Made by a program: the position numbers and the translations under genes. DNA of 64,000 bases from Nostoc sp. (GTDB taxonomy: Bacteria > Cyanobacteriota > Cyanobacteriia > Cyanobacteriales > Nostocaceae). Under the pieces are notes generated by a model that worked only from the letters and a program-made list of their open reading frames with translations, had not been told where the DNA came from and did no database searches. Positions 9,772 to 18,928 of the stretch are shown here, piece after piece. The stretch lies in assembly GCF_036917315.1 (NCBI RefSeq), contig NZ_JBALDR010000064.1:159311-223310 (forward strand). The letters run 5' to 3'. Every line of letters starts with the position of its first letter. Within the stretch, counting starts at the first letter, position 1.

Positions 9772-11106
9772 ATGCGTGGATTCAGCGCCCTGTGTTTTGT
9801 CAGTCTTCAAGTAGGAGTTTTTTTAACAACGCCTATCCAACTTGTTGTTGCCCAGCCTTTTCCATCTCAAGGACAATCACCAGGGAAATTCCCTTCACCT
9901 GTGCCAGTTAATGAAGTTGCACCTCTAGGCACAAATGAAGAAATTTCCCCGCAACTGAGCCGCTACCTTTTAGGACCAGGAGATGCAATTGGTGTTGTGC
10001 TTCAGCGTCCTCCTGGTCCATACCGTTTAGGCATAGGAGATGGAATTAGCGTTTCGGTTCAGCGCTTTCCAGATTTGAGCTTTCAAGCTTTAATCAACCC
10101 AGAAGGTAATATTGCGGTGCCGTTATTGGGAACAGTTTCTTTACAAGGTTTAACTTTGGAAGAAGCTCAAGAAAAAATTCGCTTGGGTTTAAATCGTTAT
10201 GTAGTCGATCCAATAATAGTTTTAGCTTTAGCAGCACAGCGTCCAGACCTCAGTTTTCAAGCTGTAATTAGTCCAGAAGGCAACATCATCGTGCCGCAAG
10301 TGGGAACGGTGTCATTAAAAGGTTTAACCTTGGAAGAAGCTCAAGAAAAAATTCGCCTGGGCTTGAGTCGCTTTTTTCCAGATCCAATCGTGGTGGTATC
10401 CTTGGCAGGAACGCGACCAGTTCAAGTTACTATTAGCGGGGAAATATTTCGACCAGGAATTTATCCAATTAATTCACCAACACCCCGCGTTGCTGATGCT
10501 TTGCTAACATCTGGTGGTTCAACTTTGAATGCAGACCTGCGACAGGTGCAAGTACGGCGAAAGTTAATCGATGGTTCTGTGATTTCACAAACTATTGACT
10601 TATACGCAGCATTGCAAAATGGCGGTTCAATCCCGAATTTACGCTTACAAGACGGAGATGCAATACTCGTGCCCCGTCGTGAAGTTGGTAATGAGGATGG
10701 TTATGACCGCAATTTAGTAGCACGTTCATCCTTGGCCACACCACAGATTAGAGTCCGAGTTTTAAACTACGCTGCGGGTGGTCTTTCCATTCAAGCACTG
10801 CCTAACGGCAGTACATTTGTAGATGCTTTGGGAGGTGTAAATCTAGACACTGCTAATCTGAGAGATATCGCTCTGGTTCGCTTTGATTCGGAACGAGGCA
10901 AAGCTGTTACCCAAAAACTTGATGCTAAAAAAGCTCTAGGCGGTGATGCATCGCAAAATGTAGCACTTCAAGATAATGATGTTATTGTTGTTGGTCGGAA
11001 CCTCATTGGTAGAATTACTAATTTCTTGACCACCATTACCCAACCTTTCTTCAATGTTCAATCCTTTCTCCGGTTTTTTGACAACATCGGTGGTGGATCG
11101 AATTAG
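9772..11106 (+). CDS. wza: Polysaccharide export protein (Wza/OPX-like, Poly_export + SLBB domains) with internal domain duplication
   Basis: YLLGPGD, PEGNIAVPLLG, VTISGEIFRPGIY, LRLQDGDAILVP; two 58-aa copies PDLSFQ... Confidence 0.85.
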   Translation: MRGFSALCFVSLQVGVFLTTPIQLVVAQPFPSQGQSPGKFPSPVPVNEVAPLGTNEEISPQLSRYLLGPGDAIGVVLQRPPGPYRLGIGDGISVSVQRFPDLSFQALINPEGNIAVPLLGTVSLQGLTLEEAQEKIRLGLNRYVVDPIIVLALAAQRPDLSFQAVISPEGNIIVPQVGTVSLKGLTLEEAQEKIRLGLSRFFPDPIVVVSLAGTRPVQVTISGEIFRPGIYPINSPTPRVADALLTSGGSTLNADLRQVQVRRKLIDGSVISQTIDLYAALQNGGSIPNLRLQDGDAILVPRREVGNEDGYDRNLVARSSLATPQIRVRVLNYAAGGLSIQALPNGSTFVDALGGVNLDTANLRDIALVRFDSERGKAVTQKLDAKKALGGDASQNVALQDNDVIVVGRNLIGRITNFLTTITQPFFNVQSFLRFFDNIGGGSN

Positions 11107-11327
11107 TAACATTAAAAGAAAGATACAACCTCGAAATAGTTTGGAGTGTAGGAAGGCACATCTCTAACTGATATTTGAATTTATTAATGGAAAAATTTTA
11201 AAGATATCAACCGATATATACAGTAGGAAGTTGATAGCATACTTGTATCAAAGCCACTATCTTTAGTTTGGTGCTTCCTAAATTTTGAATTTTGAATATT
11301 TAAATTTTGAATTGGAGCGAAGCGACC

Positions 11328-13502
11328 ATGACCCCACCAATTGTTAAACGCTATCTTATTGCTTTTGATAAATATAAGTGGATTGGACTAGCTAGTTTTG
11401 GTTTAGTTGTCGCCGGATCGACTGTGGTAGCTATGCAACCAGAGCCACCTATTAGCTATATAGCATCTGGGGCACTTACTTATAGTGGACCACCAGTTTC
11501 TTTCTCTGCAACTGGTAATGAAATCCAACAGCAAGGAAAGGAACTAAATGAGGAAGTTTTACTATCAAACCAGATAATTGCAAGTGTGGCGGAGAAAGTG
11601 GGTGTCAAACCGAAACAACTCGGTGCAAGTCTTGCTCTTGCTCTACCTAAAAAAAATGCTAAGAGTGGAGAATTAGAATCTTCTACCTTTGAACTTAAAT
11701 ATGTAGATAGTGACGCCAAACGAGGCATACAGGTATTGACGGAATTGATGCAAGCAATGATCAAGTTGAGTAGTGACATCAATACTGGGCGCTTACAAGC
11801 AATTATTCAAAAGATTAACGATCGCACACCACAAGCTAAACGGGAATTGCAAATTGCTGAAAAGAAGTTGGAACAGTACGATCGCGTCGAGCGAACAGCA
11901 ATATTAGCAGCAGAGAATGGTAGCTTGTTAAGCGCCATTACTGCCAGCCAAAATCTCCAACGGCAAATTCAATTAACTATTTCTGGGGTTGATGGTCAAG
12001 CTCGCAGTTTACAAAATAAGTTAGGCTTAACAGTCGGACAAGCTTATGTTTCTTCTGCTTTGAGTGCCGATCCAATTATTGGTAACTTACGAGCGCAAAT
12101 TTATCAAAGTGAATCGCAAATCGCCGTACTCAGAAAAGATTTGCGGCCGGAACATCCAACGATGGTGCAGTTAATGCGTCAGAAACAAGCTGCTGAGGAA
12201 TTACTACAACAACGTGCTGCTGAAGTTTTAGGTGGTGGTGGGACTGCGGCTCCGCTTCAGGGTAGCGTTGCAGGTATTCGCACTCAAAGCAGCTTAGATC
12301 CAACACGCCAGCAATTGGCAAACCAAATGGTGTCTTTACAAACTCAAAGGGAGACACTGCAACAACAACTAGCTCAAGAAATCCAACTAGAAGCGCGACT
12401 CCGGCGAGAGTATGCTCTAATACCCAATAAGCAATTAGAGCGATCGCGTTTAGAACAGGAGGTTGGACTCAAAAAAGCCATCTATGACCAAATGCAGGTG
12501 AAGCTAACAGATGCGAAAACCGCAGAGGCAGAAACGACTAGCAGCCTCAGCGTTGCCAGACGCCCCGCAGTCACTGTCGATGCCAAACCTCCGAAGAGTG
12601 TGCCTATTACCCTTGCCGTGGGTGGTTTCTTAGGTGTATTGATTGGTGGCGGAGTGATATTTTTGTTGGGAGCGCTGGAAGGGACTTTCAAAACCAGAGA
12701 GGATATTCGCGAGAGCCTCAAGCAACGAGAAGTGGCACTGTTGGGAGAATTGCCTTTAATGCCAGTTGATGATTTGGAGCCAGATGCTGTACCGGTAGTA
12801 TTTTCCCAAGATTCTCCTTATTTAGAATTTTATGAGAAATTCCGTAGTAATATGCGCCGCATTGGTGGTAAAAACTTAAAGGTAGTATTGATTACTAGCA
12901 CCAGTAGCCTAGAGGGTAAAACGGCAAGTGCTTATAATTTGGGTGTTGCTTCCGCCCGTGCTGGTAAAAGAACCTTAATTATCGAAACAGATTTGCGATC
13001 GCCTTCCCGTTGTACATCGTTAAAAGTAATTCCTGACCCTGAAGCCACTATTGAACCCCTACGTTATTACGCTAATTTGAGTGAATGTATTCGTTTAGTT
13101 CCTGATGTTGAAAATTTATACATTCTTCCTAGCCCTGGCCCAGTACGGCAATCCGCTGCTATTCTTGAATCCAGCGAAATGCGGCGGCTGATAGAAGATG
13201 TCCGCGAACGTTTTGATTTAGTAATTTTAGATACTAGCCCCCTCAGCATATCCAATGACCCTTTGTTAATTCAACCCTACAGCGATGGGATCGTACTAGT
13301 GGCGCGACCAAACTATACGCAGGAGAATATGCTAGGTGAAGCTATCGATCAATTGGTTGAATCTGAACTGGGGTTATTGGGAGCAATTATCAATGGTGCT
13401 GATATCATCGTTTCTGCACCTGAAGAAGTTCCAAAATCATCAGCATTTACATCTGAGGTAGAACAGTCAGAAGAAGTTTCAGCGAGTGCCAACAAAAACT
13501 AA
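11328..13502 (+). CDS. wzc: Wzc-like polysaccharide co-polymerase / BY-kinase-like protein
   Basis: Two TMs flanking a coiled-coil periplasmic region; LRPEHP; Walker A-like SLEGKT, LIIETDLR, VILDTSP. Confidence 0.85.
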   Translation: MTPPIVKRYLIAFDKYKWIGLASFGLVVAGSTVVAMQPEPPISYIASGALTYSGPPVSFSATGNEIQQQGKELNEEVLLSNQIIASVAEKVGVKPKQLGASLALALPKKNAKSGELESSTFELKYVDSDAKRGIQVLTELMQAMIKLSSDINTGRLQAIIQKINDRTPQAKRELQIAEKKLEQYDRVERTAILAAENGSLLSAITASQNLQRQIQLTISGVDGQARSLQNKLGLTVGQAYVSSALSADPIIGNLRAQIYQSESQIAVLRKDLRPEHPTMVQLMRQKQAAEELLQQRAAEVLGGGGTAAPLQGSVAGIRTQSSLDPTRQQLANQMVSLQTQRETLQQQLAQEIQLEARLRREYALIPNKQLERSRLEQEVGLKKAIYDQMQVKLTDAKTAEAETTSSLSVARRPAVTVDAKPPKSVPITLAVGGFLGVLIGGGVIFLLGALEGTFKTREDIRESLKQREVALLGELPLMPVDDLEPDAVPVVFSQDSPYLEFYEKFRSNMRRIGGKNLKVVLITSTSSLEGKTASAYNLGVASARAGKRTLIIETDLRSPSRCTSLKVIPDPEATIEPLRYYANLSECIRLVPDVENLYILPSPGPVRQSAAILESSEMRRLIEDVRERFDLVILDTSPLSISNDPLLIQPYSDGIVLVARPNYTQENMLGEAIDQLVESELGLLGAIINGADIIVSAPEEVPKSSAFTSEVEQSEEVSASANKN

Positions 13503-13640
13503 TAGTTTCAAATGTGTAAATTTTAACGCAGACGATCGCATTCGCCTTGGCATTCGCTTTAGCGTCTCTGAAAGAGAATCGTCTCGCAGAGAATTGAAAG
13601 GTAGCAATTTTTTTGCTACGAGTTTCAGGAAATGCTGTAT

Positions 13641-14345
13641 TCAGTCGCGCCGAAACAAGCCAAATAAAGGAGCAAGAATTACCCCAAATATAAAACCACC
13701 GATGTGCGCCCAATATGCAACCCCACCAGTTTCCACGCTCATGTTAGCGGCTGTTTGCAGGGTAGCAAGACCAGAAATTACATTTTGCACAATGAAAAGT
13801 CCAATTATTACTAGTGCTGGCACTCTGATTGTGGTGATGAAAAACCCCAAAAATATTAAAGTCATGACTTGAGCCTGGGGAAAGCGGATAATGTATGCAC
13901 CCAAAATCCCAGAAATTGCACCACTTGCCCCTAAGGAAGGAATCTCAGAATTCATCCCAATAAACCATTGGCACAAGGCAGCTAAAGCACCACACGCCAA
14001 ATAAAAAATCAGATATTTGGCATGACCTAAACGATCTTCAATATTGTTGCCAAAAACCCAGAGAAACACCATATTTGAGATTAAGTGCCACCAACCGCCG
14101 TGTAAGAATTGCGACGTAAATAACGTTATCCACTCTCCATTCAAATTGGTGGTTAACTCTTGAGGTACTACCGCATACTCACTTAAAAACTGACTCAATT
14201 GTGCATGTGACAGGCTCACCTCGTGAATAAAAACTAAAACATTCATGCCAATTAACCCATAGGTGAAATACGGGGTAATTCGCGTCGGATTTTCATCGTA
14301 GAGGGGAAACACAGGTGTTTTTCCTAAATTATTGATTAACTGCAA
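13641..14345 (-). CDS. Rhomboid family intramembrane serine protease
   Basis: FLHGGWWHLISNM, GASGAISG (Ser), YWAHIGG (His). Confidence 0.93.
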   Translation of the reverse strand: MQLINNLGKTPVFPLYDENPTRITPYFTYGLIGMNVLVFIHEVSLSHAQLSQFLSEYAVVPQELTTNLNGEWITLFTSQFLHGGWWHLISNMVFLWVFGNNIEDRLGHAKYLIFYLACGALAALCQWFIGMNSEIPSLGASGAISGILGAYIIRFPQAQVMTLIFLGFFITTIRVPALVIIGLFIVQNVISGLATLQTAANMSVETGGVAYWAHIGGFIFGVILAPLFGLFRRD

Positions 14346-14438
14346 TATAGCTTGTAAGGCTAGCAGTTGCGAAGGTTAAGCAATTTCACCTATTAAATCA
14401 ATCAGTATAATTGAGGGTAAGTGCGATATTATGAAAAA

Positions 14439-15158
14439 TTACTTGTACCAAGATTCTTCCTGGGATTTATCGCTAAATAAACCCAACAGCGGTCCGAGAA
14501 TTGCCCCAAAGATAAACCCGCCTGCATGGGCCCAGTAGGCAATACCGCCGCTTTCCATACCGATGTTGGTACGTGTTTCGAGGCTAGCAAGTCCGTAGAA
14601 GGCTTGTTCGAGAAACCAGAATCCTAAAAAGAAATATGCGGGGACACGGAAAGTTGGGAAGAAAAACCCTAAAGGTACAACGCCAAGAACTTCGGCGTTG
14701 GGAAAGCGGAGAATGTATGCACCCATGACACCTGCGATCGCACCACTTGCACCTAAAGAAGGAATGCTAGAATCTTGAGCGAAGAACCACTGGGTCAAGG
14801 ATGCCAAAACACCACAAGATAAATAGAACAGCAAATATTTGGCATGACCTAACTTATCTTCAACGTTGTTGCCAAAAATCCAAAGAAACAACATATTACC
14901 TGCTAAATGCAAGAAACCACCATGTAAAAATTGTGAGGTAATTAAAGTTGCCCACTCTGGTACTGGTTGATGTAGAGAGACGCCCGCAAAGCTTAAAGTC
15001 AGTTCTCGTGGAACTACAGCCGCAAGGTGTAAAAACCCATTTAATGCTCGTGGGGGAAGATTTGCTTCATAAAGAAAAGCCAGGACGTTGGCAGCAATCA
15101 GTCCATAAGTCACATAAGGGGTGATTTTTGTCGGATTATTATCTCTAATGGGAACCAC
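14439..15158 (-). CDS. Rhomboid family intramembrane serine protease (tandem paralog)
   Basis: FLHGGFLHLAGNM, GASGAIAG, YWAHAGG. Confidence 0.93.
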   Translation of the reverse strand: MVPIRDNNPTKITPYVTYGLIAANVLAFLYEANLPPRALNGFLHLAAVVPRELTLSFAGVSLHQPVPEWATLITSQFLHGGFLHLAGNMLFLWIFGNNVEDKLGHAKYLLFYLSCGVLASLTQWFFAQDSSIPSLGASGAIAGVMGAYILRFPNAEVLGVVPLGFFFPTFRVPAYFFLGFWFLEQAFYGLASLETRTNIGMESGGIAYWAHAGGFIFGAILGPLLGLFSDKSQEESWYK

Positions 15159-15369
15159 GAGCGTTTTTTCCTGATTTTAAGATATCAGTTACACAATACT
15201 GAATAATTTAAGTAGTTTCTTCTACCCCGTGGATGGATCTCGCTTTGAGATTTAAGATTGATAATAAGACTTAGGCGAAGGAAACTGCACTCCTTGAATA
15301 CCGATATCAAGATTGATTAACAAAATTCCAAGCAATACCAATTAATCCAAAAAGTCTGTGAAGCAGTAG

Positions 15370-15849
15370 TTATGTAATAAATTTCCACGTAGAGAAGAAA
15401 GCAGCTTGACCGTAGTGCTGATTTTGCTCATCTAAAACGTTCCATAGAATAGTATCTTCTATGTAAAAACGTTTACCATTACTAGAAGTGCGGATACCGG
15501 AATAGTTGGTGATAAAGCCTTTAGTTGTTGCTTCTGCTAAGAGGCGATCGCGTTCTTCCTGCACTACCTCTTCAGCCGATTTCCGAGAAGGCATTTTGGT
15601 AAATTCTTCCCAAGAAAGTTCCCATAGTTCCAACGCTTTGCGATTACCATAGTTAAAAATTGGGTCTGACTCGGTGCCGTGAGAAACTAAGACGAAAGGC
15701 GCTTCAAATAGGGCCTGTGCTTTTTCAAGTGGTGAACCATTGGCATCCAGCAAAGAATTTCCCATCCAATGCTGAAAACTATTTATTAGATATTGGCTGT
15801 GGAGAATAATGGCCTTTTGCTGCCAAGGAAACTCAATCGCGCTGGTCAT
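15370..15849 (-). CDS. Stand-alone MEKHLA (PAS-like) domain protein
   Basis: LFEAPFVLVSHGTESDPIFNYGN...PSRKSAE...YSGIRTSSNGKRFYI. Confidence 0.88.
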   Translation of the reverse strand: MTSAIEFPWQQKAIILHSQYLINSFQHWMGNSLLDANGSPLEKAQALFEAPFVLVSHGTESDPIFNYGNRKALELWELSWEEFTKMPSRKSAEEVVQEERDRLLAEATTKGFITNYSGIRTSSNGKRFYIEDTILWNVLDEQNQHYGQAAFFSTWKFIT

Positions 15850-15960
15850 AGAAAAATAGAAATATATTTAGTATGACAAAAGTTGACTCATTTTAGGGGT
15901 TGACTAGTTCTCCCCAAGCCTGAAAATATTCTATTTAATGCATATTAGCTAGCCAAACTC

Positions 15961-16575
15961 ATGTTTTTTTCAAATTCTCTGGAAAATCAACTCCAGCGCT
16001 GGAACGAAACCACTCGCAATCAGCCGAAAAATCCCAATGCTTACATTCGCCGAGGCATGGTTAACTTTCAACTAGCCAAGATTGATGAATCTATTCAAGA
16101 TTTTGATATGGCAGAGCAATTAGATGCCCGTATTAAACCGTACCTCTGGCAACGGGGATTATCGTACTATTATGCAGAAAGATTTGTTGAGGGCGCTGAA
16201 CAATTTGAAATAGATTTGACAGTGAATGCTCAAGATGTAGAAGAAACAGTATGGCGATATCTCTGCATAGCTCGTTCGTTAGGTGTTGAAGAGGCGCGTA
16301 CTTCTTTACTAACTGTGAAAAATGACCCTCGACGTATTATGCAGCGCGTATATGATTTGTATGCAGAAAATTGTACGCCAGATGATGTTTTAATTGTTGG
16401 TCAATCAGAAGGTATAAAGGGGAATTTTTACAGTCATCTTTACTTGGGATTATATTACGAAGCTCAAAATAATCTTGATTTAGCTCAGGAGTATATAGTG
16501 AAAGCTGCTGATAATTACAAAATTGATGATTATATGTGGTATTTAGCACAGGTACATAAGAAATTGCGAGGATGA
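15961..16575 (+). CDS. TPR protein (NlpI-like)
   Basis: AYIRRGMVNFQL, YLWQRGLSYYY, DVEETVW, YSHLYLGLYY. Confidence 0.85.
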   Translation: MFFSNSLENQLQRWNETTRNQPKNPNAYIRRGMVNFQLAKIDESIQDFDMAEQLDARIKPYLWQRGLSYYYAERFVEGAEQFEIDLTVNAQDVEETVWRYLCIARSLGVEEARTSLLTVKNDPRRIMQRVYDLYAENCTPDDVLIVGQSEGIKGNFYSHLYLGLYYEAQNNLDLAQEYIVKAADNYKIDDYMWYLAQVHKKLRG

Positions 16576-16748
16576 AGTTTGATTTGCTCAATAGTAAATA
16601 AATTTAAGCTTTATAGAAATGGAAAGGTACAAAACCTTTAATAAAAAGGTTATTTATCTAATTAGAAGCTTGCTTTTAGTATATCCAAATTTACTGTTTT
16701 TTTATCGGAAGCGTTTGCATCTCTTCCGATAAATACTGAACCACATAT

Positions 16749-17822
16749 TTAATTTTGCAGATTCAGAACTGCTTTCAGAACTTCTTCGTTTGTAAAATAG
16801 TGATCGTGAGATTCACCAGTAAGCTGCTTCCATAGAGAAAAGGATGTTCGGGTTTCTCTCTGCTGTATTCTCTCAGAACTAGATTTTTTGGGAATAGGTG
16901 TTTTTGTACACAACCAATCTTGATCTGAATAAAAATCAATCCAAGCTTCTATCTTTTCGTTGTTAAGACATTTGCTAATTTCCTTTTCCAGTTGTCTGGA
17001 TTTGCATGATATAAATTTTAGACAACCCCCCATAGATATATATCTAACTCTACGATCCTCTTGATAATCCGCAAGTACATCAGTTGCGATAACAACACCA
17101 AAACTATGGGCTAAAATAGTTACTTTATCGTAAAGCCCTGTCTCTAGAACAGCATTTAATTTATCTGTAACCTGCTTTCGGATCTTTGCCTTCAATATCT
17201 TACCTTCAGAGTTCTCTTCCAAATATCGTGTAGAAAAATCTGCAACATCAGCAATTAGGTTGATTGGCACAAAGCTGAAGATGCCACTTACAATTAACCA
17301 GACCGACCAATTAGTCATCTGCTTTCCAAAAGAACTGATTGGCTTTGACCAATCTTCAGGAATGGGAAATCCTAAAAAGCTTGGCTCTTGTCCTAGTGCT
17401 ACAAATGCAAGTCCAACAATTCCATAAAACCAAAAAATCCACAATACTAAGGATGTTCCCAAACCTATTAGTAGAGGAGGAGAGTTTCTCAGTGCAAGTA
17501 AATTCTTTGTAAAGAACCAATAGAATAATATATATATCCCGCGAAACACTTGGGTTTTTAAATTGCTACCACTTAGCGGTTTACTAAATAAGTCATTCCA
17601 ATAAGCATCATAAACATCAATTTCTCTAGAGATATTTTTACCTAAATCTAACTTGAATTTTTTTCCAATATGTCCTGTTATCTTTTCCTCTCCTATTTCT
17701 TGAATTCTGGGGAACTCCAAAACCTCTGTAAGACCAATGGATAAACAATCAATAAAGTGATTTCTATCTCTGCCAAGATAAAAACCATGAACAAAAATAA
17801 TAGCTTCTCGTTGGGATGCCAT
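16749..17822 (-). CDS. Membrane-anchored alpha/beta-hydrolase-like hypothetical protein
   Basis: IIFVHG near the N-terminus, hydrophobic segments in the middle, ILAHSFG nucleophile elbow, SDQDWL, C-terminal His (SHDHYF); AT-rich. Confidence 0.65.
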   Translation of the reverse strand: MASQREAIIFVHGFYLGRDRNHFIDCLSIGLTEVLEFPRIQEIGEEKITGHIGKKFKLDLGKNISREIDVYDAYWNDLFSKPLSGSNLKTQVFRGIYILFYWFFTKNLLALRNSPPLLIGLGTSLVLWIFWFYGIVGLAFVALGQEPSFLGFPIPEDWSKPISSFGKQMTNWSVWLIVSGIFSFVPINLIADVADFSTRYLEENSEGKILKAKIRKQVTDKLNAVLETGLYDKVTILAHSFGVVIATDVLADYQEDRRVRYISMGGCLKFISCKSRQLEKEISKCLNNEKIEAWIDFYSDQDWLCTKTPIPKKSSSERIQQRETRTSFSLWKQLTGESHDHYFTNEEVLKAVLNLQN

Positions 17823-18005
17823 CTGCGATGCAACTCATAGTAACAAAAGACTCTATTTTATGATATGAAAGAGCCTTTTGTAGTTCAGTACACTACTGAT
17901 TGCATTTTTACTAACTAACGTTATACTAAAAGTTTGCACATCCACTGAATTGCTACCCTGACTAAGCACTAATGCTCTAGTATTTTATGTTGCAGATGCT
18001 TGTTG

Positions 18006-18034
18006 GCGATGTCTACGACGGGCTACGCCTACGC
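18006..18034 (+). mobile_element. 21-nt small dispersed repeat inserted in a HIP1 site
   Basis: GCGAT[GTCTACGACGGGCTACGCCTA]CGC; removing 18011-18031 restores GCGATCGC. Confidence 0.85.
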
Positions 18035-18096
18035 ACATTCTGTAAGAATCGCTATTGTAGGCGATTATTCTTGTTAGAAGTGTGAAATCAGTTAGG

Positions 18097-18678
18097 TCAA
18101 TTTTCGATTGCTTCAGTTTCAAACTGCACTTGTCGATACAAAGGGGCGATCGCAATTTCTACATCCACCGATTCCAGCCGTAATATATCGCCCAAATTAT
18201 ACTCAGACAGCACCCATTTACCCTGTTCGTTGCGCCAAAACACTTCTACAACTGGTTGAGCTACTTGTACTAAGACATATTCTTGCAAGGTTGGAGATTG
18301 GCGATATTTGGCAAACTTTTTCCCCCTATCGGCTGCTTCTGTTGAAGGTGATAGCACTTCGATAATTAAGCAGGGAAATTGTACTAATTGTGGATCGGTA
18401 TCTCGCTCATCGCAAGTCACCACCACATCTGGATAAAAATACTTTTGCCCCGGTTCTACCTGAACCTTCACATCTACAATGTATACTTCGCAGGTGCGGT
18501 TAACTAGGGCATCATCTAGAAGCTTAAAGAAATTTGCAGAAATCCGATTATGGTTGCGTGTAGCACCACTCATCATCACAACTTCGCCATCCCAATACTC
18601 GTAGCGTTCCTCTTGGGTAGGTTCCCAAACCAGATATTCTTCTGCACTCATCAAAATGTTGTCGGGTAAAGCAACCAT
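18097..18678 (-). CDS. Uma2 family putative endonuclease
   Basis: ERYEYWDGEVVMMSG, YPDVVVTC, IIEVLSPST...K...Y. Confidence 0.93.
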   Translation of the reverse strand: MVALPDNILMSAEEYLVWEPTQEERYEYWDGEVVMMSGATRNHNRISANFFKLLDDALVNRTCEVYIVDVKVQVEPGQKYFYPDVVVTCDERDTDPQLVQFPCLIIEVLSPSTEAADRGKKFAKYRQSPTLQEYVLVQVAQPVVEVFWRNEQGKWVLSEYNLGDILRLESVDVEIAIAPLYRQVQFETEAIEN

Positions 18679-18928
18679 CGGCGCGATCTCTTAATGATTC
18701 ACTTTATTTAGGATAGCGAAAAATGAGTGTTCTCTTTTGGCATGACTATTCCCACATCCTCTAAACAGAATAAGCATCGAATTTTTTATACCTGCTAATA
18801 ATAATTTTTAGATGTGTAAGCAAATTAGGCGATCGCCTATCCTGTAACCGAGACTTCTAGTAGTTTAGGGAGTAATAAATTAGACTTAACAAACTTTAGG
18901 GGAATATTGGTCAGCATAAGAATTCACG

